Source of the DNA: Candidatus Shapirobacteria bacterium
Lineage (GTDB): Bacteria; Patescibacteriota; Microgenomatia; UBA12405
Direction: 5' to 3'
Length of the DNA stretch: 64,000 nucleotides
Assembly (NCBI GenBank): GCA_022837635.1
Contig: JALHFY010000002.1
Span: 5,055-69,054, forward strand
The notes under the pieces are model-generated. The model worked only from the letters and a program-made list of their open reading frames with translations. It was not told where the DNA came from and made no database searches. The position numbers were made by a program, and so were the translations under genes. The number at the start of each line of letters is the position of its first letter. Position 1 is the stretch's first letter. Below are positions 41,397 through 50,376 of the stretch, in pieces.

Positions 41397-42488
41397 ATGA
41401 CCATAAAAGAAAAAATGCACTTAATTACCCGTAACTGCGAAGAGGTGTTGACGGAAAAAGATTTAGAAAGTCTGTTGAAATCAGGAAAAAAGATTCAACA
41501 TTATATCGGTTTTGAAATTTCGGGACTGGTACATTTGGGAACGGGTTTGGTGTCGATGGGTAAGATTGCCGACTTTTTAAGAGCTGGGGTGAAATGTCGG
41601 GTATTTTTGGCTGATTTTCATACTTTTTTGAATAATAAATTGGGTGGAAAATGGGATGATATCCGCTGGGCTTCAGAGCATTATTTCAAGGAAGCTTTGA
41701 TCGCCTCCCTCAAATGTCATGGAGTTGATCAGGATGAAGTGGAGTTTATCAGTGGCAAGGAATTTTATGAGAAAAACCCGATGCAGTGGCAAAATTTTAT
41801 GGAGATTGGTAAACATATCACCCTGTCACGAAATAAAAGAAGTATCTCAATTATGGGAAAAGAACTGGGTGATGATGTGGATATGGCGACACTTTTCTAT
41901 CCCCCACTGCAAGTGGCTGACATAGCCACCTTGGACATCAATTTAATACATGCAGGTATGGATCAAAGAAAGGCTCATGTGATTGCCAGAGAGGTAATCA
42001 AAAAAATTCCGGGAAATTACCAGACACCGGTGGCGGTTCATCACAATTTAATTGCCGGACTAACCGGACCGGAACCCGGTCAAAACGACAATGAATCGTT
42101 AAAGATGAGTAAGTCGAAACCGGGAAGTGCCATTTTTGTTCATGACAGTCCTGAAGAGATAAAAGATAAAATTAAAAAGGCTTATGGACCACCGAAGGTG
42201 GTAGAGTTTAATCCATTGTTAAGTTGGGTAAAAACATTGGTGTTTTGGGGAGAAGATGAGGGTGAGTTTGTAATTGAAAGACCGGAAAAATTTGGAGGTA
42301 ACAAAACTTACACCAGATACTCTCAACTGGAAAAAGACTATGCTTCGGGAGAATTATTTCCACTTGATCTAAAAAATGCTCTGGCGGAGTGGTTGATTAA
42401 AAAATTGGAGCCCGCTCGGAAACATTTTGAAACCCCGGAAATGCAAAAAAATTTAGAAAAAATGAAAGAATTGTTGGGTAAAAAATGA
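41397..42488 (+). CDS. tyrS: Tyrosyl-tRNA synthetase, archaeal/eukaryotic type
   Basis: YIGFEISG.VHLG, YP.LQVAD, GMDQRK, KMSKS, RPEKFGG, DLK; 363 aa with no S4-like domain. Confidence 0.93.
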   Translation: MTIKEKMHLITRNCEEVLTEKDLESLLKSGKKIQHYIGFEISGLVHLGTGLVSMGKIADFLRAGVKCRVFLADFHTFLNNKLGGKWDDIRWASEHYFKEALIASLKCHGVDQDEVEFISGKEFYEKNPMQWQNFMEIGKHITLSRNKRSISIMGKELGDDVDMATLFYPPLQVADIATLDINLIHAGMDQRKAHVIAREVIKKIPGNYQTPVAVHHNLIAGLTGPEPGQNDNESLKMSKSKPGSAIFVHDSPEEIKDKIKKAYGPPKVVEFNPLLSWVKTLVFWGEDEGEFVIERPEKFGGNKTYTRYSQLEKDYASGELFPLDLKNALAEWLIKKLEPARKHFETPEMQKNLEKMKELLGKK

Positions 42489-43708
42489 AAAAAATTTATG
42501 TCATTTTAGTCGGACTGTTAGTGGTAATCTATCTGTTTCTACGACTGGATAAGTTTGAATTAAAAACTACTTATCATTTGGATCAAGGTCTGCATTTATT
42601 GGAAAGTTTTGAAATGGTTAAAAGTAAAAAAATTAGATTAGTTGGACCTATGGTTAGCTCAAAAACTTTTATGGATAGAGGTTTTTTTATCGGACCACAA
42701 TATTATTATGTGTTAGCCAGTCTGGGAATGTTAACTGGATGGAATCCTATCAGGATTAGTATAGTTTTACTGTTGGTGGAATTGGCATTTGCGCTGTATT
42801 TTGTTTATTGGTTGTACAAGAAATATGGACCGGTTGAGTCTCTGATGGTTTTGGCATTAATAACTTTTTCCAAATATTTAATCATTCATAGTCGTTTTTT
42901 TTGGAATCCTCATTTTTTAATACCATTATCAATATTGGCAGTAATCAGTCTAGATAAATATTTACAAACTAAAAAAACATATTATTTAGCGGTGGTGGGC
43001 TTTTTATGGGGGTTAAGTTTTAGCTTTCATTATTCAGCTGTATTATGGGTAATTCCATTATTTTTAGTACTCTTAAAAAATAGTCAATTATGGAAATGGA
43101 AAAATTTGGTGATAGTTTTGTTTTTTCTAATAGGTGATTTGCCTTGGTTTTTGTTTGAGTTCAGACATAATTTTTATAATATAAGAACATTGATTTGGGT
43201 AGGATTGAATTCGTCAGCTAGCGGTAAGATGGCAAGCTATTACTTTGTTTTTTCTGTGACTGTTTTCTTGCTGGTTGGATTAACAATTCTGTTTTCTAAA
43301 ATCAAAAAAAATAAAATCATTTTGGCTGTGGGAGTGGTATTAAGTGTCAGCTGGTTACAAACATTATTAATTCACGACTACATTCCCTTGGGTCATCCAA
43401 TCGGATGGACACAAAAGAAGGTTGTGGCTAAAATATTAGAAAATGGTTGCCCAGAAAATTATAATGTTGCCAGTACGGTGAGTGGAGATACAAGATCTTA
43501 TGATATTAGATTTTTACTGATAGCTCATGATTGTCCGCCTTTAGGGGTAGAAGATTATCCAATGACAAAGAAATTATTTTTGGTGGCGCCGGCTAGTCGA
43601 CCAGTTCAAGAGGAAACTGTGTGGGAAGTGTCTTCTTTAGGAAAATTTAAAAATATTAAAAAAGAAGAATTAACAAAAGATATTTTTTTATACGAGATAG
43701 ATAAATGA
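42485..43708 (+). CDS. GT-C-like multi-pass membrane protein
   Basis: DQ, L.GP, GP.YYY, SR..WNP; many TMs. Confidence 0.7.
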   Translation: MKKIYVILVGLLVVIYLFLRLDKFELKTTYHLDQGLHLLESFEMVKSKKIRLVGPMVSSKTFMDRGFFIGPQYYYVLASLGMLTGWNPIRISIVLLLVELAFALYFVYWLYKKYGPVESLMVLALITFSKYLIIHSRFFWNPHFLIPLSILAVISLDKYLQTKKTYYLAVVGFLWGLSFSFHYSAVLWVIPLFLVLLKNSQLWKWKNLVIVLFFLIGDLPWFLFEFRHNFYNIRTLIWVGLNSSASGKMASYYFVFSVTVFLLVGLTILFSKIKKNKIILAVGVVLSVSWLQTLLIHDYIPLGHPIGWTQKKVVAKILENGCPENYNVASTVSGDTRSYDIRFLLIAHDCPPLGVEDYPMTKKLFLVAPASRPVQEETVWEVSSLGKFKNIKKEELTKDIFLYEIDK

Positions 43709-44253
43709 AAAATATTGTCATCGCCGGGACGTCGGGAGTAGGTAAAAGTTTTTTGGAAGAGGAGCTGCAAAAAAGAGGTTTAAGCTTCCAGATCCCAAAA
43801 TATACCGACCGAGAATTGAGGCCCGGGGAAAATCCAGAAAAATTAATTGCCCTGAGTGCGACTGAGTTTGAGAAGCAGAAAAATGATTTCTTTTTTACCC
43901 TAAAGTACGGTGGATTTAACTATGGCTGGCATAAAAAAGATTTAGCCAAAGCGCCAATAAGTTTGGCGATTACCCAAGAAAGTTTGGAGGAATTTTTGCA
44001 AAAAAATCCGGAGTTTTTGCCGGTACTTTTAGTGGTGACGGCAGAGAATTTTGAGATGTTAAAAAATAGGATGAGAACCAGAGGCGACAGTGAGGCAAAA
44101 ATTGCTCAAAGATTGAAATTGGCGGCAGAGGAAAATAAAAATCGGGAAAAATATGAAAAGATTGTTAAAAAATACCAAGGGTTGGTGTTTGAGATTAAAG
44201 ACGACTCGACTATTTTTGAGGCAGTGATACCGGAGTTGGCCAAGAGGAAGTGA
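43705..44253 (+). CDS. Guanylate kinase-like P-loop kinase
   Basis: GTSGVGKS, YTDR..RPGE, YG. Confidence 0.75.
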   Translation: MKNIVIAGTSGVGKSFLEEELQKRGLSFQIPKYTDRELRPGENPEKLIALSATEFEKQKNDFFFTLKYGGFNYGWHKKDLAKAPISLAITQESLEEFLQKNPEFLPVLLVVTAENFEMLKNRMRTRGDSEAKIAQRLKLAAEENKNREKYEKIVKKYQGLVFEIKDDSTIFEAVIPELAKRK

Positions 44254-46510
44254 TAAGTTGATCTTCGTCGAGTTGGATATTTTCCCTAAGGATTTGGTAA
44301 ATTGATTCAGTAACAAAGGGAATAAAAGGATGTAAAAGCTTCAGGGAGTTGATTAAAACAGTCAACAAAACCGGGACGACTTCGGGACCGCGATTTTTGG
44401 CATCTTCAATGTAAAGATCACAAAAATCATGCCAGAAAAATTGGTAGAGGTTTTCGCTGGCTTGACCAAAATGATAACGACCAAGGTCACGATTGGTGGA
44501 GTCAATGATATTGTTTAAGGAGGTGAGAATGGAGAGATCGGAGGGAGAGAAACCCTTCCCCGACCCTTCCCTTGACAGGGCAGGGAGAGAGAAATTTAAA
44601 TTTGGATCTTGTTGTTTGAATTTGTCGATGAGCATCAGCACAAAACGGGAAGCGTTCCAGATTTTGTTGACGAAATTGCGTTGGGCACGGATTTTATCTT
44701 CGGACACGATAAAATCGCTAGCCGGGGCAATACCATAAACCAAAGACATGCGGAGAGCATCGGCGCCATATTTTTCCGACATGACCAGAGGATCGATAAC
44801 ATTACCTTTACTTTTAGACATTTTTTGACCTTTGGCGTCGACAACACGGGAATGGAGGTGGACCAATTTAAAAGGCACTTCTTTGGTTAAATAGAGACCG
44901 AACATAATCATTCGAGCCACCCAGAAAAAGAGAATATCCCACATGGTATCCATGATGGAGGTGGGATAAAAATAGTGGAAGTCTTCACTGGAATTTTTGG
45001 GATCGGCAACATTAAAACCCAGAGTCGAGAGAGGCCATTGACCACTCAGAAACCAAGTGTCAAAGGTATCGGTTTCCTGAAGTAGATGATGACCGTGACA
45101 ATGAGGACAGGTCTCACCGGTGGAGATATCGACAAGATATTTAGTATCTATAGGAGCCAATAGAGATTGAAGACCGGATTTGATGTCTTCAAAAGAGTAT
45201 TTATCCTTGAGATCGGCATAAACACCACTGATTAAGTTTTTGTTTTTATCCAAGAAATTAAGTTTGATTTGAGGATTGCAGTCGAGACAATACCAAGCAG
45301 GAATTTGCGGACCCCAAACGATTTGTCGGGAAATGTTCCAGTCACGAATATTTTCCATCCAATCGAGATAGGCTTTTTTGAAACGAAGAGGGAAAAATTT
45401 AACTTTACCCTCTTTAGCGGCCTGAATGGCGGGCTGAGCCAATTTATCAATTTTGAGATACCACTGAGGAGCAGTGATGGGTTCGATGGGGCGACCGCAA
45501 CGATAACAATGACCGACCTCGTGAGTATAATCTTCAGTTTTTTCCAAAAATCCAGCTGTGTCTAAATCGGCAACAACTTGATCACGAAGTTGTTTGGGAT
45601 AGAGGCCTTGATATTTTTTGGGAACATTTTGATTGGATTTACCGTCATAATCAAAGATACGGATAAATTCAAGTTGGTGAGTTTTGGCCATATCGTAATC
45701 CTCGGGTGAATGGGCGGGAGTGACTTTGACGGCGCCGGTGCCAAATTCCAGACTGATAGATTTATCCCCTATGACCGGAATTTCTCGATTGACTAGAGGC
45801 AAAGTGACAGTGGTGCCGATTAAATGTTGATAGCGTTTGTCGGCGGGATTAACAGCAACGGCAGTGTCACCAAGCATGGTTTCGGGGCGAGTGGTAGCGA
45901 CAGTCAAGGGGCCATATTTGATGTACCACAAGTGAGAGGCAACAGTTTTATGTTCAACTTCGAGATTGGAAAAGGCGGTGCCACAGTGGGTACAATAATT
46001 GACAATTTTTTCGTCACGATAAATCAGTCCATCGTCATATAATTTTTTGAAAGTGGCGCGGACGTTGTCCAAAATTTGAGGTTCGAGGGAATAATGATAG
46101 CGACTCCAGTCGAGAGAATAACCCAATTTTTTCATTTGAAATTGATTCAAAGTGCGGTTTTTTTCGACAAAATCCCAAATCTGTTGATACAGGGTTTGAC
46201 GATCAAAATCAAAACGACTGTGACCTTGTTTTTGTAATTCTTTTTCGTAAACAAATTGAGTTTCGATACCGGCATGGTCCCCGCCAGGAAGCCACAAAGT
46301 GGGATCACCTAACATACGATGATAGCGGATGAGAATGTCTTGGACAGTGAAAAGAGCGTGGCCCATGTGCATGGGATTGTTGGCATTGGGTAGAGGCAAA
46401 ATAATGGAAAAAGGTTTTTTATTTTTGTCGATTTTGGGAGTGAAGGCGCCGGATTTTTCCCAAAGGGAATAAATTTGCTCTTCGTTGGCTGAAGAATAAC
46501 TCTTGTCCAT
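44210..46510 (-). CDS. valS: Valyl-tRNA synthetase (no C-terminal coiled coil)
   Basis: HMGH, DHAGI.TQ, TTRPETM, DWNISRQ, KMSKS; start placed at ATG 46510. Confidence 0.96.
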   Translation of the reverse strand: MDKSYSSANEEQIYSLWEKSGAFTPKIDKNKKPFSIILPLPNANNPMHMGHALFTVQDILIRYHRMLGDPTLWLPGGDHAGIETQFVYEKELQKQGHSRFDFDRQTLYQQIWDFVEKNRTLNQFQMKKLGYSLDWSRYHYSLEPQILDNVRATFKKLYDDGLIYRDEKIVNYCTHCGTAFSNLEVEHKTVASHLWYIKYGPLTVATTRPETMLGDTAVAVNPADKRYQHLIGTTVTLPLVNREIPVIGDKSISLEFGTGAVKVTPAHSPEDYDMAKTHQLEFIRIFDYDGKSNQNVPKKYQGLYPKQLRDQVVADLDTAGFLEKTEDYTHEVGHCYRCGRPIEPITAPQWYLKIDKLAQPAIQAAKEGKVKFFPLRFKKAYLDWMENIRDWNISRQIVWGPQIPAWYCLDCNPQIKLNFLDKNKNLISGVYADLKDKYSFEDIKSGLQSLLAPIDTKYLVDISTGETCPHCHGHHLLQETDTFDTWFLSGQWPLSTLGFNVADPKNSSEDFHYFYPTSIMDTMWDILFFWVARMIMFGLYLTKEVPFKLVHLHSRVVDAKGQKMSKSKGNVIDPLVMSEKYGADALRMSLVYGIAPASDFIVSEDKIRAQRNFVNKIWNASRFVLMLIDKFKQQDPNLNFSLPALSREGSGKGFSPSDLSILTSLNNIIDSTNRDLGRYHFGQASENLYQFFWHDFCDLYIEDAKNRGPEVVPVLLTVLINSLKLLHPFIPFVTESIYQILRENIQLDEDQLITSSWPTPVSLPQK
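44552..44587. repeat. In-frame C/G-tract repeat element inside valS (encodes LPALSREGSGKG)
   Basis: ACCCTTCCCCGACCCTTCCCTTGACAGGGCAGGGAG, hairpin CCCT..AGGG. Confidence 0.6.
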
Positions 46511-46541
46511 GCGATATTTTAACATGAAGAGATAGGGAAAA

Positions 46542-46661
46542 TCAGATGGTTTTGTACATCAGAACTTCGTCAATGAATTGGTCTTTATAGAATAGACCTT
46601 GAGGTAGACGACCGTATTCGACAAAACTAAGTGACTGGTAGAGATGTTGAGTTACTTTATT
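46542..46661 (-). pseudogene. C-terminal remnant of a GNAT acetyltransferase
   Basis: Minus frame NKVTQHLYQSLSFVEYGRLPQGLFYKDQFIDEVLMYKTI* with no N-terminal part. Confidence 0.65.
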
Positions 46662-46744
46662 GGAGAAAATTTAAAGAAAGATTACGGAAAGAAGGTAATG
46701 AAAGTGTGACAAATTGTCACGTTTTCAAATTATTGGCAGTAGAC
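46658..46744 (+). pseudogene. Internal remnant of a Bro-N/antirepressor-like gene
   Basis: YWRKFKERLRKEGNESVTNCHVFKLLAVD. Confidence 0.65.
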
Positions 46745-46757
46745 ACGGAGACACTAT

Positions 46758-48509
46758 TTATCTATCAGTTAAACTTTCATTTTCAATCAGTTTGCCTTTG
46801 GATTGGAGGGTCCAGAGAGTTTTGTAGAGACCGCCTTTTTGAAGCAGTTCTCGGTGTTTACCGATTTCGGAAATAGAACCATTGCTGAGGACGACAATTT
46901 TATCAGCGTTGCGGATGGTAGAAAAACGATGAGCAATAATAATGACAGTGCGATTTTTGGAAGCGTTTTTAAGAGCTTGTTGAATTTTACGCTCGGAAGC
47001 GGAATCAAGATTACTGGTGGCTTCATCAAAAATTAGAACTTTTGGCTGGACTAAAAGAGCCCGAGCGATGGCTAAACGTTGTTTTTGACCACCACTAAGT
47101 TTAATTCCCCTTTCACCAACTTCAGTCTGCCATTTTTTAGGCAATTTTTCGATAAAGTCTAAAATATTGGCATCGGCAGCGGCGGTACGGATATCAGCCA
47201 TGGAAGCATTTTCACGGCCATAAGCAAGATTAAATTTAATTGTATTGTTAAACATGATCGGCTCTTGAGGTACTACCGCCATCAGAGAACGAAGGTGGCT
47301 TTTGCTTAATTGGCGAATATCGACACCATCAAAGGTGATAGAGCCACGAATGGGATCGTAGAAACGTAAGAGGAGTTTGACAAGAGTGGTTTTACCAGCA
47401 CCGGAACGACCAACAAAGGCGACTTGTTCGCCTTGGTGAATATCTAGATTAATATCGTGAATAACTTTGCTTTTGTCCTTGGGATAGGTAAAAGAGAGGT
47501 TCTTAAAAGACAAATAGCCCTGGGGATTGGTGATAGTTTGGGGAGAAAGAGGATCTTTGACTTGGGTATCTTGATCTAAAATATCAAAATATTTTTCCAA
47601 ATCAGTGATGCTTTTGGCAATATCTCGGACTCTAAAAAAGAGTCTGAAAAATTCATAGTAAAAACCGGTAATAAAACCAGTAACCATGACTAAATCACCG
47701 AGAGTGAAGCCGTGGTTTAATTTTTGAATCGCCAACCAAAGCATAAAGAGCATGGCGATACCGGAGGTGGTACCAATAGCAATATCCATAAGACGAAAGG
47801 AATTAGAAAAGCGCCATAATTTTTGGGTCCAGTCGTCAAATTGGGCAGACAAACGGCGACGTTCTTTATTTTCACCAGCAAAAAATTTAACTGTTTCGTA
47901 ATTAATCATGGAATCGGCAATAATACCGGACACATGATCCTCAGCGTGATTGAGGTCAGTTCGGGTTTGGAGATTGTGTTTGACTAACCACCAAATTAAA
48001 AAGCCGTTAACAATAGCTAAAATTAACAGAGATAAACCAATATCAAGTGAAGTCTTAAAAAGAAAAAATAAAGTAACTAAAAGAGAAACGAAGACGGAAA
48101 AAAGATCAAAATGAATATTATGAAAGAGAGAGAAGACGGCGCCATCACCGCGACGAAAGGCACTGATTAGAGAACCGGTGCTTTTATTGACATGATAAGC
48201 AAAATCAAGTTCCATGACTTTTTGAAAAACAGTTTCTCTGATGTGTCTAGCTAAAGGAATAAGAACCCGGTCAGCGAAATAAAAAGCTAGAGTGGAAATA
48301 AAATTGGTACCAACAGTAGAGAGGCCAAAAAGTAAAAAATAGATAAAAATTTGATGGCTTTGAGAATTTTGAATTGCATCTAAAATACCTTTGAGCCAAT
48401 AAGGTCGGATAGTTTCCAAAATTATGGAAATAAAATAAACGAAAAGGAAGAGAAGCATCCTCCATTTATATTTCCCTAAAAATCGGTAAAAAGTTATCAA
48501 CGATTTCAT
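46758..48509 (-). CDS. ABC exporter, fused permease/ATPase
   Basis: Six-TM domain, GRSGAGKT, LSGGQKQR, DEATS. Confidence 0.95.
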   Translation of the reverse strand: MKSLITFYRFLGKYKWRMLLFLFVYFISIILETIRPYWLKGILDAIQNSQSHQIFIYFLLFGLSTVGTNFISTLAFYFADRVLIPLARHIRETVFQKVMELDFAYHVNKSTGSLISAFRRGDGAVFSLFHNIHFDLFSVFVSLLVTLFFLFKTSLDIGLSLLILAIVNGFLIWWLVKHNLQTRTDLNHAEDHVSGIIADSMINYETVKFFAGENKERRRLSAQFDDWTQKLWRFSNSFRLMDIAIGTTSGIAMLFMLWLAIQKLNHGFTLGDLVMVTGFITGFYYEFFRLFFRVRDIAKSITDLEKYFDILDQDTQVKDPLSPQTITNPQGYLSFKNLSFTYPKDKSKVIHDINLDIHQGEQVAFVGRSGAGKTTLVKLLLRFYDPIRGSITFDGVDIRQLSKSHLRSLMAVVPQEPIMFNNTIKFNLAYGRENASMADIRTAAADANILDFIEKLPKKWQTEVGERGIKLSGGQKQRLAIARALLVQPKVLIFDEATSNLDSASERKIQQALKNASKNRTVIIIAHRFSTIRNADKIVVLSNGSISEIGKHRELLQKGGLYKTLWTLQSKGKLIENESLTDR

Positions 48510-48601
48510 GTAGATACAATTTTAGAATTGAAGACCAAAAAAGTCTAGAGGTAAATTATGGAAAAACAGGGCAAAGATTGATTAAGTGAAGCTAAGACCA
48601 A

Positions 48602-48982
48602 TTATTTAGCTTTAGGCAGGCTTTCGCAAGCAATGCCATCATTGTCGCCATCAAGACGATTGACATCTCGACTGGGACCACCGGCATTCTTGAAAAATTT
48701 TTGAGCCTGCTCTTGAGTCTCGAAATCAGAACAGTTGTATTCATCGGTGTATTTACCGCCTGATTCGACGACGTTACCATCAATATCACGCATAACCTTG
48801 GCTTCTTCCAAAGTGGAACCGGACATAAGTTTGCCCAGATCCCAGTCATTGTTGGAAGCTTCCAAACCAAAGGCGGCCAATAAAATAGCAATCACCCCCA
48901 TTAACACCGGTTTAGCGATTTTTTTGGTGCTATCAGGAGCATTTTGGAGAGTTTTAAGTTTAGGAATTTTTGGAGCAGCCAT
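48602..48982 (-). CDS. Excalibur calcium-binding domain protein
   Basis: NCSDF.TQ..AQ...[11 protein letters not shown]. Confidence 0.85.
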   Translation of the reverse strand: MAAPKIPKLKTLQNAPDSTKKIAKPVLMGVIAILLAAFGLEASNNDWDLGKLMSGSTLEEAKVMRDIDGNVVESGGKYTDEYNCSDFETQEQAQKFFKNAGGPSRDVNRLDGDNDGIACESLPKAK

Positions 48983-49101
48983 AGAATTAAGACATGGAAT
49001 ATAACAAATAAGCGGCGATCAAGAGGAGAAAAATGATCAGAAAGAGGCGAAATTTTTTGTTATTTCGAAGTTCTTTGGTATTCATAATTAGTTATAAGAT
49101 A

Positions 49102-49806
49102 TCATAAACTCTCCAGTTGAGTAAAAAGATTGATTAATCCTTCTAATTTTTGGCGGTAAACTTGGCAATCTTTTCTACTTTCGGGAATAAAAAGTCGGGG
49201 AGAACGATTGATAAGCATGGAATATTGAGACAAGAGACTGTTTTTGATACGAGGAATTAAAAAGCTTCTAAATTGAGGCATATCGGGGATACTACCGCTT
49301 TTTTTGATATTAGGTTTAACGGCATTTTTTAACCAATCTTTAATATCGGCACGCCAATTTCCGAGAGTAAGATTAATAAAAGGGGCTTTAAGATTATCAA
49401 GCCAATGTCCCCCGTTGGAGTTAAGACTAGAAGAGTTTTTACCCAGCTTGATATCAAGACCCAACATAATTTTTTGCTGGGAATTGGTAATGAGGATATC
49501 AACTCCCCTCTGATCTTGACCATGTTCCAGGGATTGAGCAGCTAAATCGATACTATAATTATGTGAAGACAGGGGTTTTTCCAAAGCTAAAACGGTCACA
49601 AATTCTGATAAAAGTGCTTGGGTATATTCAAAATGTTTGTTTTTGCCTTCAGAGTGAGCTTTCAAAAGATCAGTACGAGAGGTACGAAAATCGGGGGTAC
49701 AGGTAGTATAGAGAGGGTCATGATTGAGAAGATAGTAAGTGTTGTGGGGAAGATAAGATCCGGAATATCGTCGAATAAAATTACTAGTTTCTAAAAGCGT
49801 CAACAA
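49102..49806 (-). CDS. Hypothetical protein with a possible PD-(D/E)XK-like motif
   Basis: 234 aa; E...DQRGVDILI...GLDIK; start uncertain. Confidence 0.55.
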   Translation of the reverse strand: MLTLLETSNFIRRYSGSYLPHNTYYLLNHDPLYTTCTPDFRTSRTDLLKAHSEGKNKHFEYTQALLSEFVTVLALEKPLSSHNYSIDLAAQSLEHGQDQRGVDILITNSQQKIMLGLDIKLGKNSSSLNSNGGHWLDNLKAPFINLTLGNWRADIKDWLKNAVKPNIKKSGSIPDMPQFRSFLIPRIKNSLLSQYSMLINRSPRLFIPESRKDCQVYRQKLEGLINLFTQLESL

Positions 49807-49930
49807 ATAAATATTAACTTAATTTTTCAAAAAGAAAACTGGGTTGATTTTTGTCTTTGGACTTTATTTCAAAGCAAAAAATCGGTAAAATACTATGCCT
49901 AACCGAAAGGTTGGGAAAAAAGTGAAATTA

Positions 49931-49983
49931 GGAGGGGTCGGATAGTGTCCCAAAGGGACCCCGTTGGGGGTTCATTCCCCTCC
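49931..49983 (+). repeat. Copy of the tRNA-Ser 5' end interrupted by a 22-nt hairpin insert
   Basis: GGAGGGGTCGGATAGTG + TCCCAAAGGGACCCCGTTGGGG + GTTCATTCC, versus tRNA 50246-50271. Confidence 0.9.
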
Positions 49984-49999
49984 TTGGTAATATAAAGGT

Positions 50000-50260
50000 A
50001 TGAATTATTACCTTTATATATTAAAAAGTTGTGATGGTAAACATTGGTATACAGGCTCGACAAGCAATATAATGTTGAGACTAAAACACCATAATAATGG
50101 TCATACATTTTCCACTAAACCGTATAGACCATGGAAATTAGTTTACTACGAAAAATTTAGTAGCCGGAAAGAAGCTTTTCGGAGAGAAATGTTTTTAAAG
50201 TCTCCGTCCGGTTATCAAGATTATTTGAAAATTAAAAAATCTATTGGAGGGGTCGGATAG
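50000..50260 (+). CDS. Small standalone GIY-YIG nuclease
   Basis: YLYIL...YTGST...RL..HN.G...T..YRPW.L...EA..RE..LK; stop lies within the tRNA. Confidence 0.9.
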   Translation: MNYYLYILKSCDGKHWYTGSTSNIMLRLKHHNNGHTFSTKPYRPWKLVYYEKFSSRKEAFRREMFLKSPSGYQDYLKIKKSIGGVG

Positions 50261-50331
50261 TGGTTCATTCCACAGACCTGGAAAGTCTGCGGCCTTCATC
50301 GGCCTCGCGGGTTCGAATCCCGCCCCCTCCG
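50246..50331 (+). tRNA. tRNA-Ser(GGA)
   Basis: GGAGGGG/CCCCTCC-G; CAGAC-CTGGAAA-GTCTG; long variable arm; TTCGAAT. Confidence 0.96.
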
Positions 50332-50376
50332 CTAAAAACTACACAAAACTATTATGAGGTATTAAAATCTAATAGA

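Noticed and set aside
50260-50376. N-terminal extension of GmrSD in the ORF track
   Set aside because: It runs through tRNA-Ser; ATG 50377 fits the domain start.
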